A stretch of DNA of 32,435 bases from Anthoceros angustus. Taxonomy: Eukaryota > Plantae > Anthocerotophyta. Every line of letters starts with the position of its first letter. Position 1 is the first letter of the stretch. Location: positions 1 to 32,435 of the forward strand of contig VJWM01000369.1 in assembly GCA_010909165.1 (NCBI GenBank), given 5' to 3'. A program made the translations under genes and the position numbers. This document shows positions 11,400 to 22,245 of this stretch, piece after piece. Below the pieces are notes generated by a model, which saw only the letters and a list, made by a program, of their open reading frames with translations, had not been told where the DNA came from and ran no database searches.

Positions 11400-12760
11400 C
11401 TGGTGATGGGCCTGCATTTGCTAACACGATGTCCGAGCCAAGATTAATGGCATGCCCAACCCATGTAGCACATCTTCCCTTAGCTTGTCACGAGGCAGCA
11501 GGCTACATCAACACCTCATGTGGGTGTCCATAATCTTCTCCATTGTTTCAGAACCCGGCTCTGCGACCCTGCAGCTTAGCTCCACCGCTTTCGAGGCTGG
11601 TTGTAAGCGTGCCACTGCCAAGGCAGCCACCGTGGCCTCCGGCGTCATCTTGTCGCGTTCTTGCAACCTTGGCTTCGCTTTCTCCTCATTGCTTGCTCTT
11701 AGAGTCCCCACCGCAGGAGTTGCTCCTGTCTTGATGCTAGTAGCATCTCCGGTGATGCCGACGGTATCTCCTCTCGGGGTGAAGTTGAAAGCACACGGTG
11801 CTCACATGACCATTCTTTTGACAATGAGTGCAAAGAGGCCTTAGGTGGGCACTTGCAATTCGGTGAGATGTGCTCGGGCGCCACAATGGTTGCACATGGT
11901 GGCCGGTAGCAGTGCGATCCTTCTTTGTTGCTCCATGGTGGCTTAGGGTGTAGTCCTTGAAGAAGTTCCCCAGGACACCCTTGGAAAACATGCCTTGATA
12001 ATGGTGGAAGGCCTTGGAATGCTTGGAGGAGAGAAGGCGGAGTAAGCAATCTCTTTCTTCTCCGCTTCCTCATGTACCTGCAAAGTATAGGCATCGCCAT
12101 ACTTATCCACAAGTGAGGACAACGGTGGAAATGAAACGGTGATCACCCTCAAGAATGAGGAATTTCTCACGCTTCTTGGTACGTGAGCATGCAGGTCCCA
12201 TCTCGCAGCTTTTGCGACCCTCACGGAAACACATGGGATCTCCCCTTTAGGCGTGCAAAGCTTGCCGCTCATAATCTTCTCGGGGTCTTGAGTGGAAAAG
12301 CCTTCTCGAGGATCTTCATGAACTCTTCCACAGGTTGGCATATTTGGGGGTGTGTATGAATTCATCAATCCCTGCGTGGTCATTGTCCTCTCTGTGGTGA
12401 GGAGGCATCACGGTGGGTGGCGGCAAGTGGCGGCGGCGATGCAGATATGGCTTTGGTGGGTGTCACTTGACTTGGCATTAGGCCATCTGCGGTGCCCTTG
12501 GAATAATGGATTGAGGCAGCCGTAGTTGAGGTCGGCTCGCTTGGTGGGCTTCATACAAATCCGAGGCCTCATCGACCATGTATCTTGATAGTTTGTTCGA
12601 ACATGTAGAGGTGGTTATCGCATGTTTGAACTTGACCTACTAATTGCCTCATTGACTGCAGCCTAAAATCCCTCAACGATTGTGTTCTGGCACTGAGAAT
12701 TTCTCACCGCCATTTGGCCCTCCTTCCATCGTGTCGAATCGCGAGTCCTCTTGCCACAGG
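11400..12760 (-). pseudogene. Gypsy gag with CCHC zinc knuckles
   Basis: Perfect CX2CX4HX4C CTHCQKNGHVSTVC at 11791-11832; a second frameshifted knuckle CNHCG..H....C at ~11855-11895; KFS..RTQSLRDF gag-like start near 12700. Confidence 0.75.
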
Positions 12761-12875
12761 TCTTACATGATAAATCGGGGCCAGCGAGCCACGAGGAAAG
12801 GCCTAATCCCAGCCCTCCGGGTGCACTGCACTCCCACCGCTGGCCCCTGCTCCTCCTTATCAGTCACACACAAGG

Positions 12876-14239
12876 TGTAAGTGGGGACCGGCTAACCCTA
12901 ACGGTGGTGCAAAGGATCCTTGTCCGGGCTCTACGCTGGTAGGTCCTCTAAGGACAAATCGTGGTGCCCTTCTCCTTCTCACGAAAACCACAGGGCCGTC
13001 CCTCGTTATAAGCGATGCAGTGGCTATCTCCCTCTTCACCGGTGGCATGCCCCATGTAATCCGCCCGATGAGTCAAGGAAGCCAGCATCAATTGTCATGC
13101 GGAGGAAAACCTTAGCTGCGAGAATCGGTGTGAAACACAAACACGCCAATCTAATGCTCGGATCCTCCCTCTGACCTCAAGCTTTTTAGATGCCTCACTC
13201 ACACGAGAATCCTCACTGTTGACTCACTCCTCGTGCTGTACAAGACCCAGCACCTACCCAGCAAGAGAAGTGTTGGCTGCACATAGCCAAATTCCCCAAC
13301 TAAAACCCTTAGTGATCAACTTCTCCCGGGCATTCAGTCCTGTTTCTCACTCGAAAGTAGACAAAAATGATACCAACGGATTCGTCTCAACGAGGCAAAC
13401 AAGATGGTATGCAAATTGAAAGCAACCGACTCGTGTGGCGATCGCTATGAGCTCTGGACGGCCGTGGAAACTTGCTGCGGTTGAGACATGGGAGGACTCA
13501 AAAATTATGAGAGGGCCTTGAGTTGTGCGGGCGGGCACGGCCTGGAAAATCCGCACCGCCCAGCACCCACGGTAGTAAAACCCAACAAGTCCTGCGACAA
13601 TCGACCATGCGAAACCCTAGCAAAATGCGTCAAGCCCATAGGCGGGGTCAAGCTGCGAGCCGTGTCAGACTCCTCCATGCTCAGGCCAAGGCAGAATCAA
13701 GTTGAATGCTTCTCGGCGATTGTCAAAATGACAAACACCGGCTCACATGTCTTGATGCTCACTTCGATTCGAGAAAATTAAAGGGGCTGCCCTACACGGC
13801 TGCCTAGGTGATAAGTCCGCGAACGCACATTACACACATTGCCACAATGCCGAGCAGCGACACACACAATAGGTCTTTGCATTCTGACCTAGAAATTCGA
13901 CAACAACAAAATTGCGTGTGTTTTAGCGTTCCTCCTAGGGACTTGACAAGCGCCTTCCACGAGCCTTGGTCTTGTGCTCCAACCGCCTTGCAACCACCTT
14001 GCGTCGTGCCGATGGCACCACACTCTTGGTGCGGCATCTCTTGGATTGGAGTGATCATATACGCTTTCTCCCACGGCTGTGAGAGGGAGACTGGCCCAAG
14101 CTTGGCCATTTTGCGGGTTATTTCCCGACTTTCTGTTTAAGGGCATTTTAGTAATTATCGGTGCAAGGGTTAAACTAAGCTAACAAAACCTACTTGCTAA
14201 GCCCTAGCTTCTAAGAGTTAGTTCTAGCATCGTTTCTCA
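12876..14239 (-). repeat. Candidate LTR of the DNMT-Gypsy element
   Basis: Non-coding ~1.36 kb directly upstream of gag, bounded on the minus strand by TGAG...TACA and preceded by a purine run AAAAGAG(n). No second copy in the window to confirm. Confidence 0.35.
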
Positions 14240-15037
14240 CCTTGCCCCCCCCTCTTTTGTTTTGCAGCCTTGAAGGTGCAGGCTTGAAGGTGCAGTGGGG
14301 TGCAAAATTCATCATAAATATGCAATTCATAATTTAGGATGATAAAAATTTATCATAAATATATAATTGTATACCCTTTGTAGACAAATATCTATCCTAT
14401 CTATCACTTGTCCCTTTACCTTGAATGTATTATGTGTGTATGCAAAGCACAAAAGGTATAGAATCCATAAAATCCAAAAGAGCGGGAGCTTTTGCGTTGG
14501 TGTGGGTCAAATCTGGTGTGTCCTAACCAAAATAACATATTTCCGGTCATTGGTATACAACGGGCATGTCCTGGTCTTGGGTTCAAGTTGTGGCTATGGA
14601 GTTATCGGGAATTAAAATATGGGCGCAACGACTGGACCCTAGTCTCTCGTACACCAACTACATGTCGTGCAGAGAGCGTGGTGTGTCATTATCAGCGAGA
14701 CCAAGTTGGGGGACTGGTCACTAGCAGCTGTCCTGATCCGCTTCCAGCTTGAGCTAGGGCGGCCGCTCTGGCCCCAGTCAGTCGGGCTACTGCGCCTGCC
14801 ATCGCCGGCCCCGCTGCTCCGCTCTGCATCTGCATGTGGAGCGTGAGCATGGAGGACGCAACAATCATTGCATCACCCCACCCTGCTGCCTTAAATGCGT
14901 CCCCTGTTGGAGCCTCGTGAAGAGCCTCGGAGAGTCTGAGAGCCATGCCATGTTTTTTGTGCAGGAGCCTGCGAATTGCGGCACGGGGACCAGTCTGCGA
15001 TTCCTCTCCCAGCGACGCACAGTCAACGTGACTCAAG

Positions 15038-15130
15038 CCAGACAGCTGGTTGTTGGAGAAGTCCATTGCCTGCTTCAGAAGCTGGTTTGGTGTGGTAGCC
15101 ACTGGACTTCTCCAGCAACCACCTTTCTGG
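15038..15130 (+). ncRNA. Pre-miRNA-like hairpin (candidate MIR locus)
   Basis: 36-nt arms 15038-15073 and 15095-15130 pair with 4 mismatches and 2 G:U pairs; the G:U pairs form only on the + strand transcript; no bulges; ~21-nt partly paired loop. I do not recognise a known family. Confidence 0.6.
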
Positions 15131-16361
15131 TTAGTTTTGAGATCTCGGTGTGCTAGTTGCTTCCGACGACTCCCGACCCGTGGCCGCCGGATGTGATTGT
15201 GTTGGACGCCGCCGCCCGGTTTGATCGCAGATCTTGCTGTCGAGGCTGCAGGCTGCTGCCTTGGTCTCTGTCGGTTCACCGATCTCCCTCGGCGGGAGCT
15301 GCGCGGGCGCTATCGCCAGGCGGATGTCGTAGATTCTATTTCTGCTGGCTAATTGCGTAAGTTGTGGCCAGGCAAGCCTTTGTTTGTTCCGCACTGATTG
15401 TCTCCACTCCCAGATCTATGAACTGGTACTGTGAATTGTGTCGACGGCTGCTCGTCTGATTTACGCCACTTCTGTGATGCATGCAAAAGACCATCATCTG
15501 CGTTGCCGAATTGTAGCTTCTGGTAGGCAGCTATTTAGAGATAGTCTACATTGGCGTAACTCCCCTGATATTGGTGAACAACACGTGCCTCCCGCTAAGG
15601 GCCTGTACGGACATCACTCTCCTTTCGCGCTCTTTCAGGCATGGTACTCTGGATCCGGAATTTGCTCACACTCCCGTGTACGTTTAGACGACAGATGCGC
15701 ATCAAAAGCATGATCGCCAATAGAAACAGTGGTTAACGGCTACGAAAAGGATTTGCCAGCTTTTAAGACCTACTCCTTTATTGTACATTAAGAGTCTTCA
15801 CAAAGGTCAGCAAGACAGCAGCAGAGAAACTTTTGCCATAAGGTAATCGCGCAAACTAGGTAGTCGAAACGTCAAGAAAACTCGAGTCTTAAATGTCAGG
15901 AAAACTCAAGAACTAGTTTCGAGTAAGAAAGCTCGAGCAAGCTAACTAGATAGTCCAAGTGTTAGAAAAACATTCTCATCCACAGTACAGCGCACTGCAT
16001 GCCAACCTTCCTACAAAAAACGAAGTGGCGTTACGTCCTCGCGGCTCCAATATATGAGAACGAAGGACTGCGGGTCATGTCGTTAAAAAGGAGCACCAGC
16101 TATGCAGATAACCTGTACAGAGATGAGTATGCTTCACTCTAAGCTGACCGAACCAATAGTCCCTTGTAACAAATATGGTAGGCTGGCACATCCTGGTCTG
16201 CAGAGGCTGTGCCCTGTCCTGGTGCTAGTTGACGCTCCCTGAAAGTCATAGCAAGGCTGTCTCAAGTAACAGTCTTCATTTATCTCCACCAACCAGAGGC
16301 AGACCTGGCCATGATGATCGGACGAGTACTCCATGTAACCAAGCTGAAATCACTACATGGC

Positions 16362-17746
16362 TCAGACTCCCAAGACCACTCTCCTCCTCTTTGCCAAGGG
16401 AGGGGAGGCCGGGGCCGACTGAAGACCAAGATCTGGAACCAGGAAAGCATCGTCAAACTCTGGAACCAGAGCCATGTCCTGCTTCCCTTTGCCCTTCAGG
16501 GTGCCGTTCACCCTTCCCGGTCTGCTAGACAATCCCGAGGCAGCAGTAGACAGCTGCGGGACTTCATGAAGCGATTCGGCATACACCTGCTCATCAAAGA
16601 GGCTAAGATCTGCGGTCCAGTCGAAGTCTCGAAGATTCGGCACATCGGCCTACACAAAAAGGAAAAAGTTAAAAAAACAAACCGATTCCTTAAAAACCTT
16701 TGTCCGTCGGGACACAAGACACCCACGCGAATCACAGAACATCTGAGAAAAGAAAACGACGACGACGGACGATTCCAAAGAAAATATTTCAAAACTTCAA
16801 GCGGCAGAAAACGTGAAACGAGATAGCTACCTTGGATGAGCAAACGTCTCCTAAACTGTAACCATCTGCCAGCTCCGGTATGTTGAGCAGCTCCTCCACA
16901 CGCCAACCGGGCACACTCTCGGTCAGGTACTCGGATATGCTGCTCCTCCTGGCGGCACCTCCATTCCCGCCCTGGCTGAACAACTGGCCGTAGGGAAGGG
17001 CGGAATAGGTAGGTCTAGAAAGAGCCCCTGCAGTCCCACCACCAGCACCGCCGCCGACCACGACAGCATTCCTCCCCGTGGAAACCCCGCTACTAGCAGG
17101 CTGCGGAGCAGGGGGCGGAGGCGAAGCCTTGGGCACCTGGTACAGCTTCCCACCGCTCACCGACGGGCTGGTGACGGCCACAGGCATGAGCGGCAAGGAA
17201 TGGGAGTGCGACTGAGAGTGCGAGTGCGAATGGGAGTGCGAGTGCGAGTGCACTGCATCCTCCGGCACCGAATCCCCGGCCCGCACCTCCCCCCGTATGG
17301 CCTCCAAGGCAACCCTGGTCCCAGGCACCAGGAACCGCTGATGGCCGGACGAAAGGTGGTTCACGGAGTGGATAGACACATCGCACTCCCGGCACAACAG
17401 CGCGCGATCCTCTAGGCAGAAAAAGAAGCCATTCTTTTCCTGCACACCACACCACAGCACACCATCCGACACCGTGAGCTTCCATCCATAGCCGTAGCCA
17501 TAACCGTAACCATGACCACAAACAAAGCTCCTCATTCCCCACATCCCCAGGTGTACCACTAACCTGGCAAATGTCGCAGCGGGGCGAGTCCCCGACGTTC
17601 CCGAGCAGCGGCACCCGGTGATGCTTGTTGGCCAACTTGTTGGCCGCGTGCACCCGCAGGTCGCAGTCCACGCAGAGCGCCGCCTCGTCCGCGCAGCACA
17701 TCACCGAGGCCGGCGCCCGCTCGCACACATCGCACTGCACTCGCAT
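16362..17746 (-). CDS. BBX22: Double B-box zinc finger transcription factor, structural group IV, BBX22/LZF1-like; exons 17746-17564, 17439-16831, 16649-16362; 359 aa
   Basis: B-box1 [45 protein letters not shown]; B-box2 CDICQ|[24 protein letters not shown]; two phase-0 GT-AG introns; [22 protein letters not shown]|AD junction, EVPQL..ASGL, FLVPDLG, C-terminal KRRR; no CCT domain. The symbol means closest resemblance; orthology is untested. Confidence 0.93.
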
Positions 17747-18232
17747 CTTGTTACGTCTCCGCCGCGGCGTGGCGGGGCCGCAGCATCCGCGATGGATCCA
17801 AGCTCTCCTCCCTGCCCTTACCTTTGCCTTGCCTTGCCTTCCCGTCCCCTCCGTTCCCCTGCAGCCTTCCCGCCTCCACGAGTGGCTGTGGCTGGAGAGC
17901 TCGCCGAGGCCGCAGAACAGAGGGTTGGCTGGGAGCTGGTGGCGCCAGCAGAAGGCCGTGTGTGGATGTGCGGAATGCGGTGGTGGGAGGGCAGCGGGAG
18001 CGACCGCCGGTAGCCGAGCCCGCGGCACCGACCGGCGGTCGCCAGGCCCGTGGCATCAAATATCCAGGAACCCTGGCCACAGAAAGAGAGGGGCCAGCGG
18101 GCACGTCCCGTCTCCAGGGTGCGGGAGACCCGGTCTCCGGCCCCCTGGTCCCATCGTCCCGCGGCCCCAAGTCGGAAGCCGCATCACGATTACGCCCGCG
18201 TCCCGGCAGCCGGTGGCGGGCACGGGCCACGG

Positions 18233-18824
18233 CACGTGCTGGTGCCGTCTACCCGCTCTGACCGCCAGGTGCCGGCGGCACCAGGGCGGATTTAGCAGAT
18301 AACAAGGAAATATCACCTGCAAAGGGTGAAGTGCTGAGCTGGAGGGTAGCAGACGGGAATGGATGCCGAAAAGGAGTTTCCTGTCGCGTAGCGGGGGAGC
18401 TTCCGCGCGACCGGCCCGCTGCGCCCACGACGGGAGACTCGTGTTGCGCGACCCCCGATCGGCGCGCTCCTCTACACCTCTCTTCCACCGCTGTCAGGGT
18501 TGCGGAATCGGATTTGCGATATGCGATTTGCGATGTGCTGTGATGAATTCGCCCTCTCAACCTGGGTTTGATGTACTGTTTTATAACCGTTGTCGCAGAA
18601 CACCACTGAGGGGCAAGAAGGGAATGAAAATGGGAATGGAAATGGAAATGGAAATGAAAATGATAATAGGAATGGAAATGAAAATGAAAATGAAAATGGG
18701 ATTTGGGATGCGCATATGGCCAATGTCGACGCCGCTGGGAGGCTGGAGCAAATCGGCCGGCACGTGCGAACACGGCTGCTGGAGCCTCTCCTCATCCGCT
18801 CCTTATCATCATCCGCTCCTTATC
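18233..18824 (-). promoter_or_regulatory. Candidate light-responsive elements upstream of BBX (G-boxes and I-boxes)
   Basis: CACGTG at 18233-18238 and 18761-18766; GATAAGG on the minus strand at 18801-18807 and 18818-18824, produced by a 17-bp tandem duplication. Confidence 0.45.
18620..18700. repeat. Hexamer microsatellite (GAAAAT/GGAAAT)n
   Basis: About 13 degenerate 6-bp units. Confidence 0.9.
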
Positions 18825-20048
18825 ATCATCACATGAGGGTTGCGGGGTTGCGGGGGAGTAGACTATGCTCATGAGAGCAGCGCACTGTGCACTATGCACA
18901 AAGCAGCGGCAGCCTTCACCCAGGGCGTGCTAAAAAGGACACGCTTGTCCTCTTGCGGTGCTGACATGCACCCCCGCTCTCCAGCCTTTGCCGCATGTAA
19001 TTGTGTCCTACAGCTGGCCCCATCATTTCCACCCTGTCCTGAACCTTCCTGGGGACTATCTTCCGTGTTGATCCAATTCACCACCTTCAACTGTTTTCAC
19101 ATTAGCTTATCTCCTCTAGCTTTTTGCGAGCTTCGAACAAAAGATATCCAGCTAGCTGTCTTATGTCTTCTTCTTTTTGAGTCACAAGCCTTCTTTTTGA
19201 AATAAATAGCCTGCCGTCCTCGAGAGGTAACCCATATGGGATAACGAAAATAGAGGAGAGAATCAAATGAGTATTAGCCATCTATACAACCAAGCTTTGG
19301 CATATTCAGCCGTCTTCTCTTTTTAAGCTCACCTCGTCAAGCTTCCATAGCCTCCCATAGCCTCTATAGACTCCCATAGTCAAATAAGGTTTTTTCAATC
19401 TCTACTTTTTCCTCACCTCTCCAAATACAATCTTTTTAAACAATCAAAACTCAACCTTCTTTTTTTGAGGACCTCGAAGGACCTTACATTAGAGATCATA
19501 TCTCAGGCAGCCCTTCACGCTTACATCAGAGATCATGTATCAAGTTGCCCTAAACGGCTGCAGGGCCTTATAATAGCAGCCCTTTTTTGCGGGTGAGACA
19601 ATAGAGATCATACATCAGGCGGCCTCGAAGGGCTTCAGAACACAGGCAGGCCACTTAGGGTTAGCATAATCGAGGGTGGGAGGTACCCTAATCACAATGG
19701 TACTCTGTCCAGAGGGTTGCTTAACCACAAAGTTCCAATGAACTCCTCCTAGCTAAGATGTCATTGTTGAAGGGAGGACAACCGAAACTTAACCTATTAA
19801 CCTCGGGGTAGCCTCTTTTCAAGAAACTCATGTTTTTTGATTTTTTAATGACTCTTTATTCTTGATTTGCCCATTTGCCTGACCATAGAACGTAAATATT
19901 ATTCAAATTAGAGTCAAAGTCTATATTCAGTAGGTAAGACACTAGGGAATAGCATTGTGCCTTGACAATCACCAAGTCAAAAGAATTTCTAGTTATAATA
20001 CTAAAAAACGGTCTATTTTCTATTGAATTCATGAAGGATTCAATATGA

Positions 20049-20076
20049 AAATAATAATAATAATAATAATAATAAT
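20049..20076. repeat. (AAT)n microsatellite
   Basis: About 9 consecutive AAT units. Confidence 0.9.
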
Positions 20077-20728
20077 TCAATCAATTTTTTTATCACCTAA
20101 AATAATTTCAATGAGCCACAATAAATTTTTTATTTCCTCTCTTGATGAGTAATATGCTAGCCACGAGTTTTTTGGATTAGTTAAGTGACCTTCCCGTCGG
20201 ATCACTATTAGGGCCTACCTATCCCGGATTACTCTTCAGCCTTGGTAGCCTGCCTATTGTTAAGCTCTTTAGAGCCCCTTATTATGAATTCCTTTCAAGT
20301 TCAATAATACATATCCTCTACTCCACTCTCAAGAAATGGTTGCTTGATATATGATCTTTACTAGCACGCCTTTGCCTTGGCTGTCTGTATGGCTTTGAGT
20401 AGCAACCCTTGACTGGCTTGGTGTGGCCCACTGCCCTATTTTTGGGGGAATTTCTGTATTTTTTATTTTTATTTTTATAAAATCTCAGGCTTTCGCCTTA
20501 AACAACTAGCACGCCCGTAAAAAATGGATGCATGAAATATTGTCTCTGCTCGCAATTGGCCACTATTGTAAGGCTTTTCGGACCTCCTAATTACCTCTGC
20601 TATTGTAAAGGTTTTGGAATCATCTAACTTAAGGGGATGATAAATATCCGATCTATTTACTAAAACAATTATTTCACCATTTGTGGCACTACTTTCGCTG
20701 ACAGCCAGCCGGGCGTACACAGATCTCG

Positions 20729-22245
20729 TGTCATTGTGGTATGGGGTCCGATCCCAAGGGAATGACCTTCAAAATCGACTGCGGTTTCCTACTCATTTCG
20801 CCACAACTTACCCTTCTTACGCATTTGGCAACCTTTATGATCCGACTATGACGACACAGTCCGCCTCACGTGCCTCCCTTGCACGGACTCTATTGGCGAG
20901 CACACAGGCACTCGGCGTAGGGCGGAGGAACCACTTGTGTTGTGTTCCTGGCCGGACGTATTACCCTCTACACCCCTTGAGTATACATGTCACTCACAGG
21001 TACAACGCCCCTTACTTTATGTCTCACCGGTATATTACCATACAGGCCCGGTATGGCCGAATGTTTAAGGACTCGTTCTCGTCCCAATGTTCTCTCTCTC
21101 ACCCGTGACTCCCTTGCCATTCCACTCTTGTTGACCTTGTACGCACCTAGAGGTGCTTGGTTATGAATTGCGCGTCCACGATGCAGTGGGTTTGACACCT
21201 CGCATTTCGACCCAGCCCGTCGATTTTGGCTCTGAGGCCCTCCACAGTGGCCCGGCTCTCCATAGCTCCGGCTGTTGGCCGTCGGGATCCTGCATTGGAA
21301 GAGCAGGGGTCCCGGTTTCTCCACACCTGCACTCACCACCACTCGTTAGGGTTCGTCACCAGATCCTGGATAATTCTCTCTGGAGTAGTCCGCCCGCTCG
21401 GTGACTCGGGACTCGCCTTGGTATTGGACTCACAAAAGCCTACAAGTGTAACGCGGCATTAACCCCAAAAGAAAGATCACATTACTGGGATGGCAACCCC
21501 CCTCTTATACTACGTTCCAAGACAGTACCTTTATTATATTCCTAGATTGGTCCTGCTTCCAACCAACTACATGCCTTGTGCGCGATCCCACGGCGTGAGT
21601 CCTATCTCGTCATGGCGGTGAGGGGACTCTGACTCGACCCTCGACCCAATCCCGGCTACGCGCACTTAAGGGGTGCCCAATCGGATTATTCTTGACCCCC
21701 GGAGTCCCGTAGAGGCCCTCCTCCTTCCTTTAATCGTCGGTGCCCTGGAAGGTGGTGACAACGTATCCTTAATTAAATCCTCCTCGCCATTGTCCCCATG
21801 CCCTAGTGGGTCCCCTTCCCTCGGGTCCGTCTGAGGTCCATTCGTCTTGAAATTTGGTGGGGCATAACCCACTGACCAAGTCCAGCTAACATTGGAGGTT
21901 GGACTTGAGTCCAGTCCTCACCTCACGGTCCGGGACCTGCAGGTTCGTCCTCACCTCCGGAGTCCGGACCTCTGGGTCCGCCCTCTCCTGGTCACGGACC
22001 ACGCTCAATCCTCTCCTCGAGTCAGGACCAGGCTCAGTCCTCTCCTCGAAGTCGGGACCTGCAGGTGGGTCTTTCGGTCAAACTTCTATAGCAAGTACCC
22101 TCCTCTGGCATCCGGACTTCCAAGTTCGGATCCGCCCTCGGTATCCGGAGTTCCAAGTCCGGACCTGCCTCCTGGGATCCCATGTTCCCCTACGCCATCT
22201 CTTCCCCCCTTTCCGGCCTTCCCTCCTAGCCGCCACCCGTCGACA
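20729..22245 (-). mobile_element. LTR-like segment B (diverged inverted homologue of 28650-29669)
   Basis: Its reverse complement shares ordered blocks with 29130-29680: TAATAAAGG, TATAAGAGG, ATCTTTCT.TTGG.GTT, TTTGTGAGTC, GTCCTTAA...GCCATAC, TCATTCCCTTGG..CGGAC, GACACG.GAT. GTCCGGAC-type repeats at 21900-22175. No TSD; inner boundary uncertain. Confidence 0.6.

Larger units (their letters stand above)
1..14239 (-). mobile_element. Ty3/Gypsy LTR retrotransposon carrying a C5 DNA methyltransferase, interrupted by a nested Copia (2344-9839); continues beyond window start
   Basis: Minus-strand domain order is gag with CCHC knuckles (~12760-11400), aspartic protease (~10900-10600), DNMT (10245-9840 plus 2343-1860), RT (~1660-920), RNase H (to ~260). 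RT followed by RNase H with no integrase before RT is Gypsy order. The right boundary is tentative. Confidence 0.88.

Noticed and set aside
14692-15279. 195-aa minus-strand ORF as an LRR gene
   Set aside because: Only one 10-residue LRR-like unit, confined to the hairpin arm; non-ATG start and no other recognisable domain.
17093-18028. 311-aa ORF as the full BBX protein with a long N-terminal extension
   Set aside because: Group IV BBX proteins start at M-x-x-x-C (ATG 17746). The extension is GC-rich 5' sequence and the tail is read-through of intron 1 in the wrong frame.
18249-18874. ORFs with FHFHFH, MEMEME or NGNGNE runs
   Set aside because: Translations of a hexamer microsatellite.
21447-21460. 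TGTAAC as an LTR start, or CCTACA-AGTG as LTR end plus PBS
   Set aside because: It lies inside the block homologous to 29130-29300 and does not match a tRNA 3' end convincingly.
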